Made by a program: the position numbers and the translations under genes. The notes below the pieces were generated by a model. That model was not told the origin of the DNA. It did no database searches and saw nothing but the letters and a program-made list of their open reading frames with translations. A stretch of 60,179 nucleotides of DNA, filler included. It is 5 parts of 5 records of this genome, joined end to end, with 100 filler letters (N's around TTAATTAATTAA, not from the genome) between each part and the next. Parts side by side here need not be neighbours in the genome. Positions count along the whole stretch, not along the records: positions 1 to 23,000 come from SRR20825006_2275; 4 more parts are not named here. One strand, given 5' to 3'. This document shows, piece after piece, positions 1 through 10,981 of the stretch; the stretch's first letter is position 1, and every line of letters begins with the position of its first letter.

Positions 1-271
1 TTTGGTATCAGATTTTCATAGAAATATGATAAAAGGAGGTATTTATATTTATCCAAGTACTTCAAAAGATCCAAAAGGAAAGCTTAGACTTTTATATGAA
101 TGCAACCCAATGGCGATGATTGCAGAACAAGCTGGAGGAAAAGCCAGCGATGGGTTTGGACGTATTATGGAAGTACAACCAACAACATTACACCAACGTG
201 TACCCTTTTTCTGTGGAAGTACAAAAATGGTAGAAAAAGCAGAAGAATTTATGAAACAAGCAGATTCTTAA
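1..271 (+). CDS. fbp: Fructose-1,6-bisphosphatase class 1, C-terminal part (5' truncated by window)
   Basis: Motifs [34 protein letters not shown]. Confidence 0.93.
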   Translation, partial: LVSDFHRNMIKGGIYIYPSTSKDPKGKLRLLYECNPMAMIAEQAGGKASDGFGRIMEVQPTTLHQRVPFFCGSTKMVEKAEEFMKQADS

Positions 272-294
272 GGTAATTTTATATTCAAAACCAA

Positions 295-324
295 TAAAAA
301 AAGCTCCTTTTGGAGCTTTTTTTA
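295..324. terminator. Bidirectional intrinsic terminator
   Basis: AAAAAAAGCTCC-TTTT-GGAGCTTTTTTT between convergent genes. Confidence 0.85.
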
Positions 325-372
325 TTTTTAGAAACCATATAAATCCCGCTGATTTGAGATTACTATAGGCTT

Positions 373-798
373 TTATTTTTTATTTAGAAGATGTATATAG
401 TCTTCAAGATCAAGACCACCACTATAAATTTCAATAGATCTTTTTATTAATTTTTGTGCAGACTCCGAACTATATCCTAAACCAATTGCATATTTCTCAA
501 TTAAAAAACGCTCATGGTCATCTATATCATGATCGGCAAAAATAATTTGGAATAAATCATGCAAACGCTCCAAACGTCTTTCAGACGAATTTGGCGGGTT
601 TATTGGGTATTTTGTTGGATTTTTTAATACTTCAGCGTATTCTGTTTCATTAATATCCAACTTTCGTGCAAAACGTTGCAACATTTTTTCTTCCTCAGAA
701 TTCAACTCTCCATCAATGGAAGCCATATTTGCAATAGATGCAAAGTGCCCTAAATTTCGGGAATGCTCCCCGCTTTCAAATAAATCTGTAAATGACAT
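373..798 (-). CDS. TerB-like (tellurite resistance B fold) protein
   Basis: Duplicated 'A-x-DG-x-L-x-x-EE' and 'ADHDIDDHE' motifs, 141 aa. Confidence 0.75.
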   Translation of the reverse strand: MSFTDLFESGEHSRNLGHFASIANMASIDGELNSEEEKMLQRFARKLDINETEYAEVLKNPTKYPINPPNSSERRLERLHDLFQIIFADHDIDDHERFLIEKYAIGLGYSSESAQKLIKRSIEIYSGGLDLEDYIHLLNKK

Positions 799-818
799 AT
801 CTTGGATTTTTTATGATG

Positions 819-826
819 CAAATATA
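819..826 (-). promoter_or_regulatory. Bacteroidetes sigma-A -7 element (TATATTTG)
   Basis: Matches TAnnTTTG about 20 nt upstream of the TerB-like start. Confidence 0.6.
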
Positions 827-926
827 AAACTTGTAATTCATTTTTAAAGCCTTATTTCTTTTGAAAAGTAACCATTTATTAATTCTTATCATTCATAATG
901 CCTTGTAGCATAACTAAATTTTGATT

Positions 927-934
927 TACCTTTG
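927..934 (+). promoter_or_regulatory. Bacteroidetes sigma-A -7 element (TACCTTTG) for mfd
   Basis: TAnnTTTG just upstream of ATG 942; argues against the TTG 921 start. Confidence 0.6.
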
Positions 935-941
935 CCAACCA

Positions 942-3900
942 ATGAGCAAAAACCTCGTTACTACATTTTATTCACAGTCTTCGCAAACACGAAAACTAGG
1001 GGATGCTATTGCCGCTTCTGAACAAAACATACAAGTTTCAAACCTTGTAGGGTCGTCAGTTTCATTAGTTATTGCACAAACTTTTACTACTTCAGAAGTA
1101 CCTTTTCTTTTAATTTTTAATGATAAAGAAGAAGCTGCATACCATTTAAACGATTTGGAAAATTTATTGGGAAGTCAAAACGTGCTTTTCTATCCTGGAA
1201 GTTACCGACGCCCCTATCAAATTGAAGAAACTGATAACGCCAATGTGCTTTTGCGAAGTGAAGTTTTAAATAGAATTAATTCTAGGAAAAAACCTGCACT
1301 GATTGTAACCTACCCTGAAGCACTTTTTGAAAAAGTGGTTACCCGAAAAGAATTGGAACGCAACACACTTAAAATTGCAGTTAACGACCAACTTTCAATC
1401 GATTTTGTAAACGAAGTTTTATTTGAATATCGCTTCAAAAGAACCGACTTTGTAACGGAACCAGGTGAGTTTTCAGTCCGTGGTGGGATTTTAGATGTGT
1501 TTAGTTTTAGTAATGACGAACCCTACCGAATTGAGTTTTTTGGCGACGATGTGGATAGTATTCGAACGTTTGATGTGGAAACACAACTTTCTTTGGAACA
1601 AGTGAAAAAAGTTTCCATTATCCCAAATGTGGAAAATAAGATGGTTGACGAAAACCGTGAAACTTTTTTAAAATATATCGCTTCAAAAACAGTAGTTTTT
1701 CTAAAAAACGAAGCACTTTTTAGCAGTGCAATAGATTCACTTTTCAAAAAAGCGATTGATGCTTTCAATGCCATTGATTCGGAAATAAAACGCGCAAAAC
1801 CTTCCGAATTATTCTGCACTTCCGAATTATTGAAAGGGCAGTTAAATGAATTTACAACTGTTCATTTAAAAAATAGTTCGATTTCAGAGTCAATTACGTT
1901 TTCTACGAGACCACAACCGTCATTCAACAAACAATTCAATTTACTGATTGAAAATCTGAATGTAAATACTGAAAAGGCTTATAAAAACTACATTTTTTGT
2001 AGTAGTGAACAGCAAGCTAAACGCTTTCACGATATTTTTGAAGATGCAGAACAGCACGTAGAACAATACGAAACCATTGTTTTTCCACTTTTTCAAGGCT
2101 TTATAGACGACGATTTAAAAATTGTTTGTTATACAGATCACCAGATTTTTGAGCGCTACCATAAATTTCAACTCAAAAATGGTTATGCAAAAAAGCAGGC
2201 AATTACACTAAAGGAGATTTCCAATCTGGAAGTAGGCGATTATGTAACCCATATTGACCATGGAATAGGCAAATTTGGGGGCTTACAGAAAATAGATGTA
2301 GAAGGAAAAATGCAAGAAGCCATCAAGCTTTTTTATGGCGAACGCGATATTTTGTACTTAAGCATTCATTCATTACATAAAATTTCAAAATACAACGGTA
2401 AGGACGGAAAAGAACCCAAAATTTATAAATTGGGTAGTGATGCGTGGAAAAAATTAAAGCAAAAAACCAAAACGCGCGTTAAGGAAATTGCATTCAATTT
2501 AATTGAACTTTACGCCAAACGCCGCACTTTAAAAGGATTTGCTTTCGATCCAGACAGTTATTTGCAAGCTGAATTGGAATCTTCTTTTATTTATGAAGAT
2601 ACGCCAGACCAGAGTACTGCTACAGAAGACGTAAAAAAAGATATGGAAAACGAACGCCCGATGGATCGACTGGTCTGTGGCGATGTTGGTTTCGGAAAAA
2701 CAGAAGTTGCAATTCGTGCAGCTTTTAAAGCTGTAGATAATGGCAAGCAAGTTGCCGTTTTGGTGCCGACTACTATTTTAGCGTTTCAGCATTTTAAAAC
2801 ATTTTCCGAAAGGCTTTCTGAAATGCCTGTAAAAGTTGATTATCTAAACCGTTTTAGAACTTCCAAAGAGCGTAAAACGGTTTTGGAAGAATTAAAAAAT
2901 GGTAGATTAGATATTGTAATTGGCACACATCAATTGGTCAATAAAACGGTGGAATTTAAAGATTTGGGACTGTTAATTATTGATGAAGAACAGAAATTTG
3001 GAGTTGCAGTAAAAGATAAATTGAAAACTATTAAAGAAAATGTAGATACGCTAACGCTAACAGCAACGCCCATTCCACGAACGTTACAGTTTAGTTTGAT
3101 GGCAGCGCGCGATCTTTCTGTAATTACAACACCGCCACCAAATCGTTATCCTGTAGAAACACATGTTGTGCGTTTTGGTGAAGAAAATATTCGAGACGCA
3201 GTGCGTTATGAAATTTCTCGTGGTGGGCAAGTTTTCTTCGTTCATAATCGTATTGAAAATATAAAAGAAGTTGCCGGAATGATACAACGGTTGGTGCCAG
3301 ATGCAAAAATTGGCATTGGTCACGGGCAGATGGATGGCAAAAAACTGGAAGATTTAATGCTTCGGTTTATGAATAATGAATTTGATGTTTTGGTTTCTAC
3401 AACCATCATTGAAAGTGGTTTGGATGTGCCAAATGCGAATACTATTTTTATCAATAACGCCAATAATTTTGGACTTTCAGACCTTCACCAGATGCGTGGT
3501 CGTGTGGGAAGAAGCAATAAAAAAGCATTTTGCTATTTTATAACCCCAGAATATTCTGCAATGACCGATGATGCGCGAAAACGAATTACTGCGTTGGAAC
3601 AGTTTAGCGAATTAGGTAGCGGAATAAATATCGCTATGAAGGATTTGGAAATTCGTGGCGCTGGCGATTTGCTGGGAGGTGAACAAAGTGGTTTTATAAA
3701 TGAAATTGGATTTGAAACCTATCAAAAAATCCTTTCTGAAGCAATTGAAGAACTCAAAGAAAAAGAGTTTAAAAACCTGTATGAAGATGCTTCAACTTCA
3801 CATGGAGACCGAGCTTTAAGCGGCGACAAAGAGCGTAAATTTGTAAAAGAAATTACAATAGATACCGATTTTGAACTTCTGTTTCCCGACGATTATGTAA

Positions 3901-4316
3901 ACAACATCACTGAAAGGTTAAACCTTTATACCAAGCTGAACGAGTTAAAAAGCGAAGCCGAACTTCAGCAGTTTGAAAAAGAATTAGTAGACCGTTTTGG
4001 TGAAATGCCCAAACAAGCTGAAGATTTGCTAAACAGTGTCCGCATTAAATGGATTGCAATTGCCATGGGCTTGGAGCGTATGGTAATGAAGCAGAAAAAA
4101 ATGGTTGGCTATTTTGTGGCAGACCAACAGAGTGCTTTTTACCAAAGTACAACGTTTACCAAAGTGCTACAATACGTACAAAGCAATCCTCAGAAAATTA
4201 AGATGAAAGAAAAGCAAACGCGCAACGGATTGCGTTTATTACTAACTTTTGAAGGCATATCCACAGTTGAACAAGCACTTCTAGCATTGAATCGATTTTC
4301 GGGAGAAAGCCTTTAA
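942..4316 (+). CDS. mfd: Transcription-repair coupling factor
   Basis: UvrB-like N-terminus, RID, GDVGFGKT Walker A, DEEQ, QMRGRVGR, TRG motif DLEIRGAG. Confidence 0.97.
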   Translation: MSKNLVTTFYSQSSQTRKLGDAIAASEQNIQVSNLVGSSVSLVIAQTFTTSEVPFLLIFNDKEEAAYHLNDLENLLGSQNVLFYPGSYRRPYQIEETDNANVLLRSEVLNRINSRKKPALIVTYPEALFEKVVTRKELERNTLKIAVNDQLSIDFVNEVLFEYRFKRTDFVTEPGEFSVRGGILDVFSFSNDEPYRIEFFGDDVDSIRTFDVETQLSLEQVKKVSIIPNVENKMVDENRETFLKYIASKTVVFLKNEALFSSAIDSLFKKAIDAFNAIDSEIKRAKPSELFCTSELLKGQLNEFTTVHLKNSSISESITFSTRPQPSFNKQFNLLIENLNVNTEKAYKNYIFCSSEQQAKRFHDIFEDAEQHVEQYETIVFPLFQGFIDDDLKIVCYTDHQIFERYHKFQLKNGYAKKQAITLKEISNLEVGDYVTHIDHGIGKFGGLQKIDVEGKMQEAIKLFYGERDILYLSIHSLHKISKYNGKDGKEPKIYKLGSDAWKKLKQKTKTRVKEIAFNLIELYAKRRTLKGFAFDPDSYLQAELESSFIYEDTPDQSTATEDVKKDMENERPMDRLVCGDVGFGKTEVAIRAAFKAVDNGKQVAVLVPTTILAFQHFKTFSERLSEMPVKVDYLNRFRTSKERKTVLEELKNGRLDIVIGTHQLVNKTVEFKDLGLLIIDEEQKFGVAVKDKLKTIKENVDTLTLTATPIPRTLQFSLMAARDLSVITTPPPNRYPVETHVVRFGEENIRDAVRYEISRGGQVFFVHNRIENIKEVAGMIQRLVPDAKIGIGHGQMDGKKLEDLMLRFMNNEFDVLVSTTIIESGLDVPNANTIFINNANNFGLSDLHQMRGRVGRSNKKAFCYFITPEYSAMTDDARKRITALEQFSELGSGINIAMKDLEIRGAGDLLGGEQSGFINEIGFETYQKILSEAIEELKEKEFKNLYEDASTSHGDRALSGDKERKFVKEITIDTDFELLFPDDYVNNITERLNLYTKLNELKSEAELQQFEKELVDRFGEMPKQAEDLLNSVRIKWIAIAMGLERMVMKQKKMVGYFVADQQSAFYQSTTFTKVLQYVQSNPQKIKMKEKQTRNGLRLLLTFEGISTVEQALLALNRFSGESL

Positions 4317-4323
4317 AATTGGC

Positions 4324-4342
4324 AAATGTCGTGTAAATGTCG
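4324..4342 (+). promoter_or_regulatory. AAATGTCG direct repeat pair (11-bp period), candidate operator
   Basis: AAATGTCG at 4324-4331 and 4335-4342 upstream of the XRE gene. Confidence 0.4.
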
Positions 4343-4500
4343 GGTGAAATTCACTTGAAAATATTGCACTACATTTACTACCATCGTACTATTGCTTCAT
4401 AAAATTTAAAACAATGAAACATCCACTAGCTTTTCCTGAAAACAGCAAAATGTCTAATAGGATGTTCCATATGTCCTTTATAAAATAATATTACAGACAG

Positions 4501-5319
4501 ATGAAACAACCCGAACTCGGCCGTAAAATTTTAGAGCTTAGAAAAGAAAAAGGCTTTACTCAAGAAGAACTTGTGGACCAATGCAATATAAATGTGCGAA
4601 CCATTCAGCGTATTGAAGCCGGAGAAGTTACCCCACGAAGTTTTACTTTGAAAACCATTTTGAATGTTTTGGGCGAGGATTTGGAGCATTTGCAAAAATC
4701 TGAAACCTCCCATTTTGAAAATTTTAGTCTAAAGGAAATTAATTTTTCATCCTATTATCTAAAATTTGCATGGATTTGTGGGTTAATTTATTTTCTCTCA
4801 GGCTTTGTAGAATTTGCTGTTGACTATGCCAGATTTCATGAAGATAAATTGATAATTTCCAAAAACGCATACATAAGTATGAAATTTATTGTGATGTTGG
4901 TTTTCATATATTTTTTATGGGGTTTTGTTTTAAGCGGTAAAATCTTCAATAATTATTTGCTAAAAATCGGAGCTTTCTTTTTAATTGGCACTACCATTTT
5001 ATTTTATGGGTATGATATGGTATCGCTTTATTATGAACCATTTTACATTGAATATGTTATAATAATTCAATCCATTTTCTGTGGTATAGGCAGTATTATT
5101 TTTGGTTTAGCATTGATGCGATTAAAAAAACCTATGGGAAAACTTCCAGAAATAGCTGGCGGATTAGAAGTAGTAAGCGGAATTTTGTTTTCACTTGTTT
5201 TTATGGCGTGGTTGGGACTTTTCTTTTTAATTCCAACTATAATTTTACAAATTATTCTACTCTATAAAATTGAAGAATTTGTAAAAAAGGAAAGAGATTC
5301 ACGGCATCATGAAAATTAA
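4501..5319 (+). CDS. XRE-family HTH protein fused to a multi-pass membrane domain
   Basis: N-terminal LRKEKGFTQEEL...RTIQRIEAGEVTP followed by about 6 hydrophobic segments. Confidence 0.85.
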   Translation: MKQPELGRKILELRKEKGFTQEELVDQCNINVRTIQRIEAGEVTPRSFTLKTILNVLGEDLEHLQKSETSHFENFSLKEINFSSYYLKFAWICGLIYFLSGFVEFAVDYARFHEDKLIISKNAYISMKFIVMLVFIYFLWGFVLSGKIFNNYLLKIGAFFLIGTTILFYGYDMVSLYYEPFYIEYVIIIQSIFCGIGSIIFGLALMRLKKPMGKLPEIAGGLEVVSGILFSLVFMAWLGLFFLIPTIILQIILLYKIEEFVKKERDSRHHEN

Positions 5320-5678
5320 AAATGATAAAATGCATTCTCAAAATGTTCTAATTTTTCGATTTTTTCATTTTTCAAAATTGCGATGATATCGAAACGTACT
5401 TCAGCTTCAAGTTCGTTTGAAACAATATATTCATTTGCTGCTTTTACTAAAAGTTTAATTTTATTTTGAGTAACAAAATCTTGAGGATCGCCAAAAAAAG
5501 CACTGTTACGCGTTTTTACTTCAACCATCACAATTGTTTTTTCTTCTTTTTGAGCAATAATGTCAATCTCAGCTTTGTCGAAAAAAAAGTTACGCCGTAG
5601 AATTTTATAGCCTTTTTTTAATAGATATTGCGCAGCAATTTCTTCACCTATTTTTCCGAGTTCGTTGTGTGAGGCCAT
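5316..5678 (-). CDS. yraN: YraN family (UPF0102) putative endonuclease
   Basis: GEEIAAQYL, EIDIIA, VEVKTR, RFDII. Confidence 0.92.
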   Translation of the reverse strand: MASHNELGKIGEEIAAQYLLKKGYKILRRNFFFDKAEIDIIAQKEEKTIVMVEVKTRNSAFFGDPQDFVTQNKIKLLVKAANEYIVSNELEAEVRFDIIAILKNEKIEKLEHFENAFYHF

Positions 5679-5723
5679 CTTTTTTACAATTTTATATTGC
5701 CAATTTATAATTTCTTTTGAAGT

Positions 5724-6620
5724 TTAAAATTGAACACTGATAGTTGAAGAGTGCATATTTAACGCAACTTTTCTTCCCATAACTAATGCCCGATTATCAA
5801 CAATATGCCCAGCTGGAAAATTTGAAATTACAGGATAATTGTATTCTTTTACCAAATCGATTATTATTTCTTCAGCCGTTTTTCCGAAGTATACTTTATT
5901 ATCTTTCATTTGCGTCATACCACCAATTATAAGCGCTTTCAAGTTTTTTAAATACCCACTTCGCTTTAAATTCATCATCATTCGGTCAATATGATATAAC
6001 ATTTCATCAAGATCTTCTATAAAAAGAATTTTTCCATCAGTTTTCATTTCTGAAGTACTTCCAATAAGAGAATACAATACCGAAAGATTTCCGCCAATGA
6101 TTTCACCAGAAATTTCAACCTCAGTATTCTTTTTTTCGGTGGAATTATAGGTGATTGAGTGGTTATTTCCGAACAAAATATTTTTTAGAGAACTTGCGGT
6201 TTCAGGGGTTTTATTTTCAATTTCCAAACACATTTGTGCGTGTAAAGTTTCAATGCCGAAATTGTGAATATGCGAATGTAAAACCGTTACATCACTATAA
6301 CCGATAATCCATTTTGGAGCTTTTTTGAAGGTCGAAAAATCAAGTTTATCAATAATCCGAACGGTTCCATAGCCGCCGCGAGCACACCATATTGCTTTTA
6401 CATCTTGGTCGTCCATCATGTGTTGAAAATCTGCCGCACGTAATGCATCGCTTCCAGCAAATTGGTTTTCTTCGGCGCCAATCGTTTTCCCTAAAACGGC
6501 ATTTAAACCCCAACTTTCAAGTAATTGAAGTGCAGGTTTTAACTCTTCTTCCGAAATTTTCCGCGCAGTAGAAACGATGGCAACCGTATCGCCTTTTTGA
6601 AGTCTTTTTGGAGTAATCAT
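5724..6620 (-). CDS. LD-carboxypeptidase (peptidase S66)
   Basis: ARGGYG, GYSDVT, GGNLS, LFIED, PAGH; start taken at MITPK. Confidence 0.92.
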   Translation of the reverse strand: MITPKRLQKGDTVAIVSTARKISEEELKPALQLLESWGLNAVLGKTIGAEENQFAGSDALRAADFQHMMDDQDVKAIWCARGGYGTVRIIDKLDFSTFKKAPKWIIGYSDVTVLHSHIHNFGIETLHAQMCLEIENKTPETASSLKNILFGNNHSITYNSTEKKNTEVEISGEIIGGNLSVLYSLIGSTSEMKTDGKILFIEDLDEMLYHIDRMMMNLKRSGYLKNLKALIIGGMTQMKDNKVYFGKTAEEIIIDLVKEYNYPVISNFPAGHIVDNRALVMGRKVALNMHSSTISVQF

Positions 6621-6657
6621 GAATCTATTTAAAACCACAAATTACTACATTTATGTG

Positions 6658-6665
6658 TACTTTTG
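6658..6665 (+). promoter_or_regulatory. Bacteroidetes -7 element (TACTTTTG) for metG
   Basis: TAnnTTTG 17 nt before ATG 6683. Confidence 0.6.
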
Positions 6666-6682
6666 TGCTTTCAAAAAAAATT

Positions 6683-8758
6683 ATGGACCAGAACCCAAAC
6701 AGATATACAATTACAGCCGCATTGCCTTATACAAATGGACCCGTTCACATTGGGCATTTGGCGGGTGTTTACGTGCCAGCAGATATTTATGCGCGTTACC
6801 AAAGACTTCAAAATAAAGATGTTGCTTTTATTTGCGGAAGCGATGAGCACGGAGTTGCCATTACTTTAAAAGCGAAGAAAGAAGGTATTACACCACAGGA
6901 AGTAGTAGATAAATATCATGCTATTATTAAAAAAAGTTTTGAAGATTTCGGAATTTCTTTTGATAATTATTCGCGCACTTCGGCGGAAATTCATCACAAT
7001 ACAGCTTCAGAGTTTTTTAAGAAAATGTATGAAGACGGAAAATTTATTGAAGAAGTAACCGAACAATTATATGATGCGGAAGCCAACCAGTTTTTGGCAG
7101 ACCGCTTTGTTCTTGGAACTTGCCCAAAATGTGGCTTCGAAGATAGTTATGGCGATCAATGTGAACAGTGTGGAACCAGCCACAACGCAACCGATTTAAT
7201 AAATCCACGTAGCGCCATTTCTGGGAGTAAACCTGTTTTGAAAGAAACAAAACACTGGTTTTTACCTTTAAATGATTATGAAAATTTCTTAAAAGAATGG
7301 ATTCTTGTAGACCATAAAAAAGACTGGAAAACCAATGTTCTTGGCCAATGCAAAAGCTGGATTGATGACGGTTTGCGCCCACGTGCTGTAACCCGAGATT
7401 TGGATTGGGGGATTCCTGTGCCGGTAAAAGGTGCGGACGGAAAAGTGCTTTACGTTTGGTTTGATGCGCCAGTTGGGTATATTTCTTCAACAAAAGAATG
7501 GGCAGCTCGTGAAGGTAAAAACTGGGAAGATTATTGGAAAGACGAAAACACCAAACTTCTTCATTTTATTGGGAAAGACAACATTGTATTTCACTGCATT
7601 ATTTTCCCAGCAATGTTAAAAGCTGAAGGGAGTTATATTTTGCCAAACAACGTTCCTGCGAATGAATTTTTAAATTTGGAAGGCAATAAAATTTCAACCA
7701 GTAAAAACTGGGCGGTTTGGCTGCACGAGTATTTGGAAGATTTTCCAAACCAGCAAGATGTTTTGCGTTACGCATTAACGGCAAACGCTCCAGAAACAAA
7801 GGATAACGATTTTACGTGGGCAGATTTTCAAGCACGTAACAATAATGAATTAGTTGCTATTTTCGGAAATTTTATAAACCGCGTACTCGTTTTAACTAAT
7901 AAATATTACGATGGCGTTGTGCCACAGCCAGTCGCTTTTTTAGAAATTGACGAGCAAACATTAAATGAATTAAAAGCCTATCCCGCGGTAATTGCAAGTT
8001 CGTTAGAGCGGTACCGTTTTCGTGAAGCACAATCAGAATTAATGAATGTTGCCCGCCTCGGAAATAAATATTTGGCTGATGAAGAGCCATGGAAAACCAT
8101 AAAAACTGATGAAGAACGCACAAAAACCGTAATGTATGTTGCATTGCAAATTGCTTCCGCTTTGGCAGTTTTAAGCGAACCATTTTTGCCGTTTACTTCA
8201 AACAAATTAAAAAACATGCTGAGTGTCACCCTGAGCGCAGTCGAAGGGTCTCTTCAATGGAACGACATTTCCACAAAATCTGAATTGCTAAATAAAGGCC
8301 ATAAAATAGGTAAAGCCGAACTGCTTTTTAGCAAAATAGAAGACGAACAAATTCAAACACAGTTAGATAAATTACAAGCCAGTAAAAAGATGAATGAGAT
8401 TGCAAATAAAAAAGTAGAAGCACAGAAAGAAACCATTCAATTTGATGATTTTACAAAGCTAGACATGCGTGTTGGAACCATTATTGAAGCCGAAAAAATG
8501 CCAAAGGCAAATAAACTTTTGGTTTTAAAGGTTGACACTGGTATTGATGTGCGTACTATAGTTTCGGGTATTGCAGAAAGTTTTAAACCTGAAGATATTG
8601 TTGGTAAAAAAGTAACCGTTTTAGTAAACCTTGCACCACGTGCGCTTCGTGGTGTGGAAAGCCAAGGAATGATTTTAATGACCGAAAATGCGGAAGGAAA
8701 ACTTGTATTTGTAAATCCAGGTGAAGATGGAGTTGAAAATGGGGTAATGATTAGTTAA
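6683..8758 (+). CDS. metG: Methionine--tRNA ligase with C-terminal tRNA-binding domain
   Basis: HIGH, Zn knuckle CPKC...CEQC, KISTS, C-terminal Trbp111-like OB domain. Confidence 0.97.
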   Translation: MDQNPNRYTITAALPYTNGPVHIGHLAGVYVPADIYARYQRLQNKDVAFICGSDEHGVAITLKAKKEGITPQEVVDKYHAIIKKSFEDFGISFDNYSRTSAEIHHNTASEFFKKMYEDGKFIEEVTEQLYDAEANQFLADRFVLGTCPKCGFEDSYGDQCEQCGTSHNATDLINPRSAISGSKPVLKETKHWFLPLNDYENFLKEWILVDHKKDWKTNVLGQCKSWIDDGLRPRAVTRDLDWGIPVPVKGADGKVLYVWFDAPVGYISSTKEWAAREGKNWEDYWKDENTKLLHFIGKDNIVFHCIIFPAMLKAEGSYILPNNVPANEFLNLEGNKISTSKNWAVWLHEYLEDFPNQQDVLRYALTANAPETKDNDFTWADFQARNNNELVAIFGNFINRVLVLTNKYYDGVVPQPVAFLEIDEQTLNELKAYPAVIASSLERYRFREAQSELMNVARLGNKYLADEEPWKTIKTDEERTKTVMYVALQIASALAVLSEPFLPFTSNKLKNMLSVTLSAVEGSLQWNDISTKSELLNKGHKIGKAELLFSKIEDEQIQTQLDKLQASKKMNEIANKKVEAQKETIQFDDFTKLDMRVGTIIEAEKMPKANKLLVLKVDTGIDVRTIVSGIAESFKPEDIVGKKVTVLVNLAPRALRGVESQGMILMTENAEGKLVFVNPGEDGVENGVMIS
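8224..8251. repeat. Bacteroidetes REP-like palindromic element inserted in frame in metG
   Basis: TGTCACCCTGAGCGCAGTCGAAGGGTCT, GC-rich hairpin ACCCT...AGGGT, translated as VTLSAVEG. Confidence 0.75.
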
Positions 8759-8777
8759 TTTTTTTAAATAAATAATG

Positions 8778-8819
8778 AATCCTTCGAATAGGCGACAGTT
8801 TATGCCCGCTCGAAGGATT
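8778..8819 (+). terminator. Stem-loop after metG
   Basis: AATCCTTCGA...TCGAAGGATT followed by a T-rich tract. Confidence 0.55.
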
Positions 8820-8833
8820 TAATTTTTCTGGCA

Positions 8834-10981
8834 ATGATAAAGCTTCTAAATTTTATTACCACTCAAACCCAACTACCACAAAAGAGTGTAGAAAACACAG
8901 TAACACTTTTAAACGAAGATTGCACAATCCCATTTATTTCCCGCTATCGTAAAGAATTAACAGGTAATCTGGATGAAGTTCAAGTTGGCGATATTGTAAA
9001 GTATAAAGAACAGTTTGAAGCTTTGGAAAAACGCAAAGCGACCATCATAAAAGCGTTGGAAGAGCAAGAAGTTTTAACAGCTGAGCTTCAAAAGAAAATT
9101 GAAGAAACTACAGATCTTATCGTTTTAGAAGATTTGTATTTGCCCTACAAAAAGAAGCGAAAAACCAAAGCAGATATCGCAAGAGAAAACGGTTTGGAGC
9201 CCTTGGCGAAAATTATAATGAGCCAATCTCGAGGGATGAACACTACTGAAATTTCATCTTTAGCGTTAAAATATGTAAAAGGTGAAATCCATTCAGAAGA
9301 AGAAGCCCTAGAAGGCGCGCGCCACATTATTGCGGAGTGGATTAATGAACGCACCGATATTCGAAATATGTTGCGAAACCAATTGGAACGCTTTGCAACA
9401 ATTTCAACGAAAGTTGTTAAGAAATTTGAGGCTGATGAAAAAGCACAGAAATTCCGTGATTATTTTGACTGGAACGAATCCTTAAACCGAATTCCTTCCC
9501 ATAGATTACTGGCAATTCTTCGTGCTACTTCCGAAGGGTTTATTCGTAATAAAATAGAAATTGACGATGAAAAAGCACTGTGGAAAATTGAAGACCGCAT
9601 CGTAAAATCTAATGATGCTGCTTCAAAGCAAATAAAACTTGCTATTGAAGATAGTTACAAACGGTTGTTGCTTCCGGCGCTTTCTAATGAAGCGCTTTCT
9701 GCAGCAAAGGAAAAAGCAGATGAAATTGCGATTGCAGTTTTTGTAAAAAATTTAAAACAACTTTTGCTTGGTTCTCCCTTGGGTGAAAAGCGTGTTTTAG
9801 CAATAGATCCAGGATTTAGAACAGGTTGCAAAGTAGTTTGCCTCGATGCTCAAGGCGGTTTGCAACACAATGAAACCATCTATCCGCATGCTCCAAAAAA
9901 TGACACAAAAGGAGCAATGAAAAAAATAAGTTCGCTGGCAGATGCTCATAAAATTGAAGCTATTGCAATAGGAAACGGAACCGCTTCGCGTGAAACGGAG
10001 CAATTTATAAAGCGAATTCAGTTTAAAAACGAGGTACAAGTTTTTGTGGTTAGCGAGGCTGGAGCGTCTATTTATTCGGCTTCAAAAATTGCGCGGGATG
10101 AATTCCCAAATTATGATGTAACGGTTCGTGGCGCAGTTTCTATCGGTCGCCGTTTGCAAGATCCATTGGCGGAATTGGTAAAAATTGATGCTAAATCTAT
10201 TGGTGTTGGGCAATATCAACACGATGTGGACCAAAGCAAGCTTAAAAATTCGTTAGATACTTCGGTGGAATTGTGTGTGAATTCCGTTGGTGTAAATATA
10301 AATACCGCCAGTGTTCCACTCTTGAGTTATGTTTCTGGAATTGGCCCGAAATTAGCTGAAAATGTAGTGAATTATCGTGATGAAAATGGTGCTTTTTCTT
10401 CAAGAGAAGAAATAAAAAAAGTTTCTCGTTTGGGTGGAAAAGCCTTTGAACAAGCAGCAGGATTTTTAAGAATTAAAAATGGTAAAAACCCATTGGATGA
10501 TTCTTCTGTGCATCCAGAAAGTTATACGGTTGTTTCAAAAATGGCAAAAGATGAAGGTGTAAAAGTTTCAGAATTAATAGGGAATAAACCACTTCTTCAG
10601 AAAATAAGTCTGGAAAAATACATTTCAGAAAAAATTGGGCTTCCAACTTTAAAAGATATTTTAAGCGAACTAGAAAAACCTGGTTTAGACATTCGTGAAG
10701 CTGCAAAAGTGTTTACTTTCAACCAGAACATAAAAACGATTACCGATTTACAATCAGGGCAATTATTGCCAGGAATTGTAAATAATATTACCAATTTCGG
10801 CTGTTTTGTAGATATTGGCATAAAAGAAAGTGGATTGATACACGTTTCAAACCTTGCGGATGCCTTCGTTTCAGATGTGAGTGAACATGTGCATCTTCAT
10901 CAACAAATCATCGTAAAAGTGCTAGATGTAGACGTGGAGCGGAAACGGATCCAGTTGAAGCTTCATACCAAACGCGATTAA
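8834..10981 (+). CDS. tex: Tex-family transcription accessory protein (YqgF-like, HhH, S1 domains)
   Basis: TIPFISRYRKE, AIDPGFRTGCK, IGVGQYQHD, C-terminal S1 domain. Confidence 0.95.
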   Translation: MIKLLNFITTQTQLPQKSVENTVTLLNEDCTIPFISRYRKELTGNLDEVQVGDIVKYKEQFEALEKRKATIIKALEEQEVLTAELQKKIEETTDLIVLEDLYLPYKKKRKTKADIARENGLEPLAKIIMSQSRGMNTTEISSLALKYVKGEIHSEEEALEGARHIIAEWINERTDIRNMLRNQLERFATISTKVVKKFEADEKAQKFRDYFDWNESLNRIPSHRLLAILRATSEGFIRNKIEIDDEKALWKIEDRIVKSNDAASKQIKLAIEDSYKRLLLPALSNEALSAAKEKADEIAIAVFVKNLKQLLLGSPLGEKRVLAIDPGFRTGCKVVCLDAQGGLQHNETIYPHAPKNDTKGAMKKISSLADAHKIEAIAIGNGTASRETEQFIKRIQFKNEVQVFVVSEAGASIYSASKIARDEFPNYDVTVRGAVSIGRRLQDPLAELVKIDAKSIGVGQYQHDVDQSKLKNSLDTSVELCVNSVGVNINTASVPLLSYVSGIGPKLAENVVNYRDENGAFSSREEIKKVSRLGGKAFEQAAGFLRIKNGKNPLDDSSVHPESYTVVSKMAKDEGVKVSELIGNKPLLQKISLEKYISEKIGLPTLKDILSELEKPGLDIREAAKVFTFNQNIKTITDLQSGQLLPGIVNNITNFGCFVDIGIKESGLIHVSNLADAFVSDVSEHVHLHQQIIVKVLDVDVERKRIQLKLHTKRD

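Noticed and set aside
9220-9240. Possible decayed REP in tex (SQSRG) and extra peptide in mfd near 3787-3830
   Set aside because: Similarity to the metG repeat is too weak to support without alignments.
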